Shown here piece by piece: positions 30,336 through 40,104 of a stretch of DNA of 64,000 nucleotides. The stretch covers positions 384,001-448,000 of the forward strand of contig CAVTUQ010000007.1 of NCBI GenBank assembly GCA_963737905.1, given 5' to 3'. The DNA comes from an uncultured delta proteobacterium (GTDB taxonomy: Bacteria > Desulfobacterota > Binatia > UBA9968). The position numbers were made by a program, and so were the translations under genes. Under the pieces are notes generated by a model. It ran no database searches, had not been told where the DNA came from, and saw only the letters and a program-made list of their open reading frames with translations. How positions within the stretch are numbered: the first letter of the stretch is position 1; the number at the start of each line of letters is the position of its first letter.

Positions 30336-30395
30336 CTCAAAATAGTGAACGTGATCGCCCATTAGCACATGCGCATAGAGCCGGTAACCAAATCG
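30336..30395 (-). pseudogene. RAYT/IS200-type (Y1 HUH) transposase remnant
   Basis: Manual translation RFGYRLYAHVLMGDHVHYFE resembles the RAYT Y-x-L-M-x-N-H-x-H motif; about 65 bp from the palindrome. Confidence 0.6.
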
Positions 30396-30492
30396 CACGG
30401 AAGGCGGTGCAGGCCACTGCCTTGACTTCTTCTGCCTTGTCGGGATATCTCGGGCTTAGCGATAGTCATCTCCCGCTCTTTGAGACACTCCT

Positions 30493-31245
30493 ATGCTGAC
30501 CGATAACCCGAAAGGCAATTTTAGGTTCATCACAGGCATTGCCCCTTTTTCTTTCGGCGTCGTCGCGAACCCGGGCTATGAGATTGTGCACGTGACCTTT
30601 CATCCTCTTCCCCACTTGCAGAGAGGCTTCACCTTGATTGAGCGCCATCTGCAGAGCCTGCAGCGACCATTGCAAGCGTTGTGTGGCATGGAGTTACGTA
30701 TTTCTAGTCCGCTTTCGCCCCAAGCCTTCGACGAGTTCAACCAGCCTTACATTGAGAAGCTCGCGAGCTGGAACATGTTGGTTGACGGCCTCAATCCGGT
30801 GGCGCGGAGTAATCTCGCTCTTGCTGTCAATCCCGTCCATGAGCCGTCGGTTTACGGATTCTCTTACACTGTGCCTGCATCTCGGGAAGGTACCACTTTT
30901 CTTGTGGCCGGCACCCCTGAAGTGCGGGCGAGATCGGGGGCCGAACGCGATATTGTCGCTCCGGGTGATGTCTCGCCGGTCGGGTTGCGGCAAAAAGCCG
31001 CGTATGTCCTCGAAGCCTTGACGGCGCGGTTGCGGGAGCTACAGGTTACCTGGACAGAGGTCACTACCGTCGAGGTTTATACGGTGCACGATCTCTATCC
31101 TGTACTGGCAACCACGCTTCTCCCCGCCTTGCAGGGCGCGGGTCGCCACGGCATCCGCTGGCATTACGCCCGTCCGCCTGTGATCGAGGTGGAATACGAG
31201 ATGGACGTGCGCGGGGTGCACCACGAATTGATCTTGCCAGGATAA
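30493..31245 (+). CDS. CnbZ-like (2-amino-5-chloromuconate deaminase family) protein
   Basis: GNFRFITGIAPFSFGVVANPGYEIVHV, LCGMELR, NPVARSN, WHYARPPVIEVEYEMDVRGV; family recalled from memory. Confidence 0.7.
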   Translation: MLTDNPKGNFRFITGIAPFSFGVVANPGYEIVHVTFHPLPHLQRGFTLIERHLQSLQRPLQALCGMELRISSPLSPQAFDEFNQPYIEKLASWNMLVDGLNPVARSNLALAVNPVHEPSVYGFSYTVPASREGTTFLVAGTPEVRARSGAERDIVAPGDVSPVGLRQKAAYVLEALTARLRELQVTWTEVTTVEVYTVHDLYPVLATTLLPALQGAGRHGIRWHYARPPVIEVEYEMDVRGVHHELILPG

Positions 31246-31431
31246 CCCGCGAAAAAACTTCAATACACTTGGCCGGTGCAGTGTGGTCGTTAATCTCAAT
31301 TATCGTGAACCGGTCTTCGCCGACGAAATTCCAGCCGTGCATTAATCGTGCGAGCGAAGCGAATGCCCTGAACATCGCGAGGCTGCTGCACCCACGTCTT
31401 CTGGTAAGCCGTGGACCAGCTCGCAGGGATA

Positions 31432-31627
31432 TCAGGGCTTCTGCGTAGACCCCTTCTCCCTGATCGCAGCACGGACCTTGCTAGCAACGTCGGGTGGAAA
31501 TCTGCTGAAGCCCGTGAGCTGTCTTCGCGTGTTCTGCCGCCTTGGCCATCACTTCAGCCTCGTCCTTGCCCTCCATAACGGCCTGGCAACCCGGCATCAA
31601 ATCTCCGCATCTGAGTTCCTTAGCCAT
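31432..31627 (-). CDS. DUF1059 small metal-binding protein (frameshifted; missing from ORF track)
   Basis: MAKELRCGDLMPGCQAVMEGKDEAEVMAKAAEHAKTAHG...(fs)PPDVASKVRAAIREK; RBS AGGAGG. Confidence 0.8.
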
Positions 31628-31654
31628 ATCGCCTCCTTTCTTCCTTCGAACCGA

Positions 31655-32556
31655 TTAAAACTCCATCAGGTCTTTGGCGACCAGCACCTGGCCGGAAAAG
31701 TGTTTCTTCACCTCCTCGGCCCATGACGTGTAATCTTCAGTACCGACCCTCTGGGTCAGGTGCGACAGCACCACGGTCTTGACATTGGCGCGTGTCGCCA
31801 TCGTCGCAATATCGTCCAGCGTCATATGACCCTGAGTGGCCTGTCGCATAATGCCTTCCTGCTCTGCAGGGGTCATGGCTTGCCAACGGCCGTCATTGAT
31901 CATCATTTGCTTCCGATCCTCGCACGAAGAAGTTTCGGTGACGAGTACATCGGCGCCTTTCGCAAGTTCGGTGACGGCATCGCTTGGGCCGGTATCCCCA
32001 GTAAACACGATGACGCGATCAGGCGTTTCAAAGCGATAGGAATAGGACTTGTGCTTGCCGGCAGCCGGGCCTTTATGGAAAGCAAAATGGCTGTTTTCGA
32101 CCGCCGCCACCTTGATGTTTGCGTCCTGATAAATGTCGCCAAGCCCGACATCGTGACCGAAAAAGATGTCGGCTATCGGCACGGTGCGACCGCCATCGGC
32201 AATTCTGATCTCCGCGCTTATGCGTGAAATACTGCACAGCGGCCTTGACTAGCTCTTCTGTCCTTGAGCGGGCCATAGACGTGGATCGGCTTCGTACGTT
32301 GGCGATCCCACGCCAGGGACATCAGCGTACCAAGGCCAGCCGTGTGATCGTCATGATGGTGCGTAATGAAAATCATTCCAATCTCTCGCAGATCAATACC
32401 AGCCTCCGCAATGCGGCGTGCGGCGCCGTCGCCGGCATCAACGACATAATGCGTCCCGTTAACGGTTAAGAGATTGGACGATTGCGCCCGCTCCGGCCGA
32501 AGCGACGGACCAGCCGCCGTTCCGAGCGTGATGAGACGTGACGATAGCTTTTGCAT
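31655..32556 (-). CDS. MBL-fold metallo-hydrolase (RNase Z/AtsA-like), frameshifted
   Basis: ITLGTAAGP, VDAGDG, ITHHHDDHTAG, VFTGDTGP, VLSHL across two ORFs. Confidence 0.85.
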
Positions 32557-32729
32557 GTTTCCTCCGTGTGCGGCCGGCCAACCTGACGACAAGCAGCGCA
32601 TTACGATCCACGGCCGCCTGTACCACCACGGGGTTAAGCGGCAATATCACTTGTTCTCAATACGCGGCAGTACAGACTCTATCTCAACGCGCCATGCCCA
32701 CGATCTGCGCTCGCACCCGACGTTGCGTT

Positions 32730-33561
32730 TCACGGTTTCTCCGCCAGGATGAAGTACTCAACCACGCGTTTTTCCATCGCACACCGGCTAAAGTTCCTGA
32801 TGCGCTCGGCGGTATCGTCACCAAGGATCAAGTGGACCGCGTTGAGCGGCGGGTCGCCGCGCTCCGCACGAGCGCGCATCTCTTTTAAGGATGCGAGGAT
32901 CGCGTCGCTGAGATCGATCTCTTCCTTGATCCGCAGACCACCCTCCTCGAGCGCCTGGCGCATCATCGCCGGGGTGACGACGAAGCTGGCCGATGTGTCG
33001 GTTGCCCAAGGCAAAGGAAAGATAAGGGCGCCGCCAGGTCCTTGCCCAACCTCGGAGCAGGAGAAGCGACCGCCGCTTTTGAGCACTCGGGCTACTTCCG
33101 AGGCGAGCTTTTTCTTGTCCGGAATATTCATGGTGACGTTGTGGCACCAGACGTGATCGAACGTACCGTCAGCGAACGGCAAGGCGAGGGCGTCGGCCTC
33201 CCGGAATTCGATGCGGTCGTCCATCCCGCACCGACGGGTCAACTCCCGCGCAATTTCGATAAACTGCGGCGTGAGGTCAATGGCGGTCACGCGGCAGCCG
33301 CGATGTCGCGGCAATGACACGCGAGCAACCGCCGACGCCGCACCCCAGGTCCAACACGTGCATACTCGAATTGATGGCCGCGCGCTCGATATGCTCTCGC
33401 GTGGTTTCGACTCCGCGCGCGTGGAGTTGGTCGAAGGGAAAGAAATCCTGATATGCCGGGTGCTCCGGGTCAATGCCTCGCTCCAGGAGAAATGCGGTCA
33501 CGCGATCCAGGATTCCACTCGTAGCGTATCGCTGTCGTACCGCGGCGGTGCCGTCTGTCAT
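32730..33561 (-). CDS. Class I SAM-dependent methyltransferase (frameshifted)
   Basis: FDQLHARG, VLDLGCGVGG, IDLT, DALALPFADGTFD, RVLKSGGRF across two ORFs. Confidence 0.85.
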
Positions 33562-33698
33562 GATCTCCCTCCTCTATTATCAGAACTTTCCAACATAACT
33601 ACCAGCGTATTATCGACTGCATGGACCGAAGCATGGAAAATGAAACCAGTAATCAAGACTACAAGAATCGTGAACATCGGCCCTTCCTTATATCTTCT

Positions 33699-33941
33699 TT
33701 ATAGAAAATTACCGAAAACAGCGAAACTATCTGTCACCTGCGATGAGGTTTTTGTGCTGCCACTCTGGCCGGGAAAGTCCTCAAACAACGCTTTTACCAT
33801 CTCAGGCAGAACTTTAGCCAATTGGTCACTAAGGCCGCTACTCACGACCTTTCCCTCGTAAAGTTTCTTTATTGTTCCCTCCGCAAGCGCTTGCTTATCA
33901 ACATGACCTCTCGCCAGCGTCCTGTGGGATCCCAACGTCAA
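33699..33941 (-). pseudogene. C-terminal fragment of a DUF4136-like lipoprotein
   Basis: KLYEGKVVSSG...LPEMVKALFEDFPGQSG resembles the DUF4136 C-terminus; no N-terminus found. Confidence 0.45.
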
Positions 33942-34894
33942 GATTCATTTATTCCCCAGTTCTCTTTGGGCTTGTTTCAGCATCGTGAGATCCGCCACTT
34001 GACTGATGGAAATTTCGTTGTTCACCTTGGCGCTCTTCTTTGCTTCTTCGATCACAACACGGAGTCCGTCTTCGGGTACGGTTCGTCTTCACTATAAGCG
34101 TTCGAAACCGAGTCGTATGTGGCCGTTGCAACTTCCCTATCGATCTTCTGCCACTCCATTAGAAATTGAATAGTCCCTTCGCGCTCCGTACGAATATACC
34201 GGTTGGCCTTAATCCCTGCCTCGATCACCCGCTTGACCTCGTCCGGCCTTTCCTTGATCTTTTTAGTTGTGGTGCTGAGACCGCCCTCCGGATAAGTGAG
34301 AAGATCCTGCGCCCGAGCGAGAATGTTAAAACCCAACTTCTTAGCAAAGAAATCAAAGGGAGGAGGGACCACCGCCGCAGCAATCAAGCCCTGCTGCAAA
34401 GCGGCAAGGCGAGAATCCGCTGAACCACCGGGAACGGATTTCAATCCTTGTCCGGGTCAAGGCCAAAATGCTTCAATATCAGCCGCGTTACGATATGAGG
34501 ACTACTTCCGATGACGCCAATCCCGATCGCTTTGCCCTTGAGGTCCATAATCGATTTAAACTGCGGCTGTGCAATCAGTATAATCGGAAGGGTGGGCACG
34601 TAGGTGGCCACGAGTCTGACCGAAACTCCCCTAATTGCCGCGGTGACCACAGGGCCAACGCCGGCATAATAATCAATCTCTCCATTCGCCAGCGCGGGCA
34701 CCGCTGCCTGCGGCCTTATCTGAACTATCTCGGCATCGATACCTTCCTCCCTAAGAAAGCCCTTCTTCTGCGCCAGAGGCAGAGTGATAAAATGACCAAC
34801 GGTTGAGGGATAACCGATAACCGATTCTGACCTTCGGAGCCTGTCAATGAAATGAGACACGCCCGATTGAGAAATTAGACTACAATATCCTCGC

Positions 34895-36004
34895 TCAGCT
34901 GATTTCCCCCCCTAGCCAGACCCTTACCGATGGCTGATCGTTCGTTATAGGGCAATTATGGAAGCCGTTTTTGTGCTCGATGCCCGTCATCGATGAATTC
35001 ATAACCTCTGGGCTCTGCGGCCGAGAGATTTCTCTGGGTTTGTTGATCCATGCGGCAGTCGGTAACAGAGCGGGGCTTGGCAAGCCACGCACAAAACGGT
35101 GAGGATTTTTCTCATAGGCTTGCTTGAGTACTTCGGTCCTCTGTTCGCGTCGGTTTGCCGCCAGCCCATAGTGAACCTCGTACGGCGTTAAGTATCCCAA
35201 GCCAGAGTGATGATGCTCGTGGTTGTACCAGGGGAAAAACTCGGTCAAGAATCGGTGCGCATCTTGGTAACAACCAAAGCGCTCGGGAAACTCGGGGCGG
35301 TACTTCATGGTCTTGAATTGGCTCTCCGAATACGGGTTGTCATTGGAGACATACGGGCGGCTGTGGGTCTTGGTCACTCCCAGCCCCGCCAACAAAAATG
35401 CCACCGCCTTGGATGTCATCGGCGCCCCCCGATCCGCATGCACCGTGAGGCACCCGGGCTCGATGTCGTGGCGCTCCACGCTTTGCTCGATGAGTTTCTT
35501 GGCCAACTCGGCCGATTCCCGGTACGCCAGCATCCAGCCCACCACATAACGGCTAAAAATATCCAGGATCACGTAGAGGTAAAAATACGTCCACTTCGTC
35601 GGCCCCAACAGCTTGGTAATATCCCACGACCACACCTCGTTTTGCCCAGTCGCGATGAGCTCAGGGGCTTGATAACGGGGATGTCTGATCTGATCTCTTC
35701 GTTCTCTGACTTGCTGATGGGTTGCCAAGATCCGGTACATCGTACGCTCGGAGCACAGATAGCTTCCCTCATCTAAAAGCGTGGCATAGATTTCCCCAGG
35801 CGCTTGGTCGCAAAACCGCTCGCTGTTAACCACCCCCAGCACGTCCTCTCGCTCGCTTACCGATAAGGCCCGAGGATGAATCCGTTCGGTTACAACTCCT
35901 GGGCTCGGTCGTTGCCATCGGTAGTAGCTGGCCCGCCCAATTCCCACCCCCGCGCAGATCGATTCCACCGTATACGTTGCCTTGTTTTCTCCGACCACCC
36001 CCAT
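34895..36004 (-). CDS. IS3-family transposase OrfB (DDE/rve)
   Basis: WSWDITKL, ILDIFSRYVVGW, HADRG, SNDNPYSESQFKT, YNHEHHHSGL. Confidence 0.95.
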   Translation of the reverse strand: MGVVGENKATYTVESICAGVGIGRASYYRWQRPSPGVVTERIHPRALSVSEREDVLGVVNSERFCDQAPGEIYATLLDEGSYLCSERTMYRILATHQQVRERRDQIRHPRYQAPELIATGQNEVWSWDITKLLGPTKWTYFYLYVILDIFSRYVVGWMLAYRESAELAKKLIEQSVERHDIEPGCLTVHADRGAPMTSKAVAFLLAGLGVTKTHSRPYVSNDNPYSESQFKTMKYRPEFPERFGCYQDAHRFLTEFFPWYNHEHHHSGLGYLTPYEVHYGLAANRREQRTEVLKQAYEKNPHRFVRGLPSPALLPTAAWINKPREISRPQSPEVMNSSMTGIEHKNGFHNCPITNDQPSVRVWLGGEIS

Positions 36005-36414
36005 CAGTCTGTCTCGGCGCTCTTTGCCAGTTCGATCCCCAAAATCTCCGAGACTTTTTTTTGCAGCTCCACTATCCCTTCGGCCCGCTCCGCCCTGCGC
36101 TTAAGCCGCGCATTGTCCCGCTCCAACTCCCGCACCCTCTCGGCTAACGGGTTTTTCTCCCGCCGCTGCGGCCCGCGCTTCCTCCCCTTTAGCCCCGCCA
36201 GCTCTCCGGTCTCCCGTTGCTTGCGCCATGTGGTCAAATTCGACCAGTACAAACCTTCCCGCCGCAAAAGCGCCCCGATCTCTCCGGGCTGCTTGCAACT
36301 ATCCGCCTCTCGCAAAACCTTCGCTTTGTATTCCCCAGTGAACCGCCGCCGCTCCCCCTTCGCCACCACTTCCACCTCCGTTAAAGATTTCACACCGTTA
36401 CTTCCTGTTTCCAC
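36004..36414 (-). CDS. IS3-family transposase OrfA (HTH + coiled coil)
   Basis: RRRFTGEYKAKVL...GALLRREGLY...IVELQKKVSEILG. Confidence 0.92.
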   Translation of the reverse strand: METGSNGVKSLTEVEVVAKGERRRFTGEYKAKVLREADSCKQPGEIGALLRREGLYWSNLTTWRKQRETGELAGLKGRKRGPQRREKNPLAERVRELERDNARLKRRAERAEGIVELQKKVSEILGIELAKSAETD

Positions 36415-36681
36415 CTGCTTTTCCTTACTCGCCCTCTACACTAAACTATTGGCGGGTAAGTGTCTCATTCACATTGGCAGAGAGGGCTTGTCTGCGGCAT
36501 GGACTGAGGTTTGAAAAACAAAAACAACAATCAAAGATCCAAGAAGTTTGTTCATAATCATCTCCTAGTGATTAGCTCACGGTCTCGAAAGCTTACACGA
36601 TAGTTCCAGTGTAGTGACTCTTAAATGAAGGCACTTATTGTTCGTCATAACAAAGTGGAAATTCCCGAACAAAGGAATAGA

Positions 36682-36791
36682 CTCGCGCCAAGCCGCAAAG
36701 CTCGCCAAGTTCGGAAGGAAGAGTGAACTATCTGGGAACAATTATTGACCGTTATTCTCCGACCTTTGCGGCCTTGGCGTCTTTGCGCGAG
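36682..36791. repeat. Imperfect inverted repeat hairpin (CTCGCGCCAAG...CTTTGCGCGAG)
   Basis: Nonamer-periodic arms; same class as 8421 and 59236. Confidence 0.6.
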
Positions 36792-36880
36792 ATATTCCGA
36801 GTTTCAGTGGCGACTCTGCCACGCTGGATCTTCGTGGTGGCTATACACCGGATAAAGTACCAACAGCATGAGACACTACA

Positions 36881-37936
36881 CTAATTGCCAAAGCCGATGC
36901 TGCGAAAAAATCCTGTGCTTTTCAGGTTGTCCACAAACGAATTATCGAAGAACTCTTTTGGATTTGCATTCTTGGCCTGGGAAAGTTGTTTCGGGTCAAG
37001 GTAGTCTAATTCGGCCTGGATCACTGGCTCGCGCACGGTCAGGCTTGTTTCCCAGTAGGGCGCATAGAAGTCGTAGGTCGCGTCAAGTGTTTTCTGATCG
37101 TCGACTTTGAGAAACCTGGCGATTGCTTTTTTCGCACCATCGGGATCTTTTTTCGCCAAAAGAACACCCTCGGCCATTCCTTTGAGAAACGCCCGGACGG
37201 TATTCTTATTTTCGTGGAGATGCTTTTCCGTGGTGGCGTAAGCCTGCGAAAGCCCGGGAATGTTCATCGGTGCAATGTCCAATAACAGATTTAGACCCGC
37301 CTCACGCGCCTTGAGGTTGAGAGGGGCAGCTAGCGGGCCTGCTGAAATCGCGTTAGAAAGCAAGGTGGTAAGAATGGCTGGGGGCCCCCGACCGTTATAG
37401 ACAAACTTAACGTCTCGGTCAGGTACAAAACCTTGCTTCTTGAGCGCTTCCCTGACCGCTATATGAGGGGGACTTGACGGTGGCCCGACACCTATGATCT
37501 TTCCCTTGAGCTGATGGACGTCCGTGATGCCTTTTGCACCCCAGAGCTGCAAGACAAATTGTTGTGTATGCGCGCCAACATACTTCACAGGTGCACCGTT
37601 GAGGCGCGCGGATATAAGAAAATCTCCGTCGACAAAGAAGTCGGTATCCCCGGAAAGGAGGCCTTTGGCCGCCGCCGAGACAGGAATCAACCGGACGTTG
37701 GCTTTCAAACCATACCTGGCAAAAAGCCCGGCCTCGGAAGCAACGTAAAGCGGGGTAAAGGCTGCGCTGGAGGAGACGTAGGCGATGGTAACGTTTGGCC
37801 TCTCGGGCCTTTCACTGACGTCGGCCCCGGCAACGATAATGGGGAACGTTAGAAGCAAAACCGAGCCGAAGAAGATTTTAGATAGATTCCTAGCTCTCAA
37901 AATCACTCGACTGACGTTGAACATTGAGTCTTCCAT
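36881..37936 (-). CDS. NMT1/SsuA-type ABC substrate-binding protein
   Basis: Signal peptide; GLFARYGL, LKGKIIGV, FFDNSFVDNLKSTGF. Confidence 0.88.
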   Translation of the reverse strand: MEDSMFNVSRVILRARNLSKIFFGSVLLLTFPIIVAGADVSERPERPNVTIAYVSSSAAFTPLYVASEAGLFARYGLKANVRLIPVSAAAKGLLSGDTDFFVDGDFLISARLNGAPVKYVGAHTQQFVLQLWGAKGITDVHQLKGKIIGVGPPSSPPHIAVREALKKQGFVPDRDVKFVYNGRGPPAILTTLLSNAISAGPLAAPLNLKAREAGLNLLLDIAPMNIPGLSQAYATTEKHLHENKNTVRAFLKGMAEGVLLAKKDPDGAKKAIARFLKVDDQKTLDATYDFYAPYWETSLTVREPVIQAELDYLDPKQLSQAKNANPKEFFDNSFVDNLKSTGFFRSIGFGN

Positions 37937-38101
37937 AGGAACCTGCTCGTCCGTTTCTTAAATCACTTCATCATCTGGATCTTACCGTTATCTCCAAAGG
38001 ATTTGTGACGGCGATGCGAAATCGCTACTTTTGGGTGTTCCAGTTCTTTAGTTCTTCTGCGCTAGGGGCACGCAGCGCAAACTTAATCCTGTTACGCAAC
38101 G

Positions 38102-38157
38102 GTCTCAAGTCGGCTGTTTGGGTGTCAGCTGTTTAGCTGACAGGCGACCGAGGCCAA
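38102..38157. repeat. 57-bp repeat with palindromic core, copy 2
   Basis: Differs from 16659-16715 by two substitutions and one indel. Confidence 0.85.
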
Positions 38158-38207
38158 GCAGTCTGAGAGATGACTTAGCCGCCAGTCGGCAGCAAAGAGA
38201 AATGCGG

Positions 38208-38576
38208 CTAGAGAATGGGCGGTAACAAAGAGAGATACTCAGATAAAATACAAAGAACAAGTGCTACGCGGCTGCTGACACCGAGCTTTCGATAGAGACG
38301 CTCCAGATGAGTGTGAACGGTATGCATTGAGATCTTCAGCTCATCCGCGATTGCGAATTCCTTCCGATCGTCGAAAATTCCTTGAATTATCTCCAATTCA
38401 CGATCCGAAATACGAAGAGATTTAGCAATCGTTTTCCATGCATCGTAAGGCAGGATGGATCGATCAGGCTGCCCCGTGGACTTCAACTTGACAAAATTCT
38501 CCGAAACCCCGCCGTTTGTTTTGGTCGCCAAAGCTGAGCGCGGTCTACCACCCACCAAATGAGCTAATCGTTGCAT
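38208..38576 (-). CDS. LuxR-type HTH transcriptional regulator (stand-alone)
   Basis: ISDRELEI...IADELKISMHTVHTHLERLYRKLGVSSR. Confidence 0.88.
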   Translation of the reverse strand: MQRLAHLVGGRPRSALATKTNGGVSENFVKLKSTGQPDRSILPYDAWKTIAKSLRISDRELEIIQGIFDDRKEFAIADELKISMHTVHTHLERLYRKLGVSSRVALVLCILSEYLSLLPPIL

Positions 38577-38718
38577 GCTCCACCTCCAGCAGTGAATCCA
38601 GATTTAAAGTATCATTTTCTATTGTTTTTCCACGGATTTAATCTACAAGAGCAGTCAAGTCTACTCCATCGCCGACTCGACCTGACTTCACAATATTTTT
38701 TCCCTGCTGCCGCGCCCC

Positions 38719-39670
38719 CTACAAGAACCTTGCCGTGACCGGGGCGTGATCGGGAACTACCCCTCCCGCGATTGGGTGTGGACCGATCATGTTTGGCGTG
38801 TCTTCGTTGAGGATGCTCATGGTCGGCACCTGTCGTAAACCGTTCATGCGCTGGCATAAGCGCCTCGCTGGTCAGGATGTGATCGAGGAGCTCGTTTTGC
38901 CCGTTGTGCCGCCGCGACCAGCGGATGTTCTCGGGGACGAGCTTCGTGACATTGAACAATCGTTGACCGTCTTGGGCATCCGCCCTCTGGAACGCCCCAG
39001 TTGCGTGCGTTGCATCCTCGGGACCGTGCGGCTGGCCGCCTGGCGGACCGTAAAAGATTTCTGTGGTCGCGGCCTCCGGCCCGTCGTTGAGATCGCCCAG
39101 GACGACCACTTGCCGGCCCGCCGATAACAGGCTGGTTACGTGCTCCCGTAGACTCGTCGCCTCGGCCGCCCGGCGCTCGAGCGCGAAGTAGGCGGTGTGC
39201 GCTCGCAACGTCTCGTTCGTCGTCGACAAGTTTCCTCCGAATGAGAGCAGCTTGGACTTCAGGTGTGCGGTGACGACGTCGATCTGTCCGCCGCCGTGCC
39301 CGACGGTAATCTGAAGGGCGGGCCGGGGGAAACCTGCAATGACTTTGACCGTTCCATTGCTGCTGAAGTCACGAACCTCGACGCCTGGCGCGAGCCGAAA
39401 CTGGTCGATCTGTTGGGGCGGCAGCACGGGAGCGTCGCGGGTGAGGAATGCGACCCGGATCCCGCGATCGTCGGGCGCGGCGGCAAAGTGGTGAAAACCG
39501 AGTCTGTTGCTGAGGTCCTGCAGCGCGTTCAGGTCCAGAATCTCTTGTAGCGCGACGACGTCGGATCCCAGAGCTTGCAGGGTCCCGACAAGAAAGTCGA
39601 GCTTATCGGAGAAGACCGGATCGGTGCGCGTGAAGTTCTGGACATTCCAGGTCGTGATCGTTATTGACAT
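38719..39670 (-). CDS. Endonuclease/exonuclease/phosphatase-family protein (frameshift near C-terminus)
   Basis: TWNVQNF, DVVALQEI, HLKSK, VLGDLND, LLDHIL; alternate frame ends ...VPDHAPVTARFL* at 38719. Confidence 0.85.
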
Positions 39671-39781
39671 GGGCAACTTTCCTTACAAAGGATTGACGAG
39701 TCACTGGCTGGCGCGCCCCCTCCACGATTCAGAACGTTGCTCTAGATTATCAGCTTTCTCTCGACCATTGTGATGTGACCA

Positions 39782-39797
39782 AGCAGGTAGGGTGCCA
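39782..39797 (-). promoter_or_regulatory. Candidate sigma-54 promoter for the EEP gene
   Basis: Minus strand TGGCAC-CCTAC-CTGCT, ~110 bp upstream of the start. Confidence 0.5.
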
Positions 39798-40104
39798 ATT
39801 AGAAATGGCGGCGCTGATTTTCGACAACACCTGAATTTTATGCGGAATTGTTCCAGCGCCGAGTCCAAGCAGCCCGTCTAAGAGAGCCATGAGTATCCTT
39901 TAGAACACAGGGGTGTCTACAAAAATAGATAGTGCGAGTGGTGAATTGCAAGAAGCGCCCCTCACACGAAAGGCGCTGGATAGTGCCTTCGAGGTGTTTC
40001 TCTTCAAAGAATTCGTCGCCGATGAAAGCTTGGGCATGGGAATCCCAAGCTCGGCATCAGGCATAAAACGGACTTAATCACCGAGCGAATTTACTGCTCG
40101 ACTC

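Larger units (their letters stand above)
34835..36486 (-). mobile_element. IS3-family insertion sequence (~1.65 kb) with 3-bp target duplication CTT/AAG
   Basis: Imperfect IRs TGTCAATGAAATGAGACAC (34842-34860) and GTGTCTCATTCACATTGGCA (36460-36479); CTT at 34832-34834 and 36487-36489 restores the host reading frame. Confidence 0.9.
33949..36555 (-). pseudogene. NMT1/SsuA-type SBP interrupted by an IS3 element and frameshifted
   Basis: 5' part MNKLLGSLIVVFVFQTSVHAADK (36555-36487) continues after the IS as VRIGY..PSTVGHF...GFLREEGID; 3' part in several ORF pieces. Confidence 0.85.
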
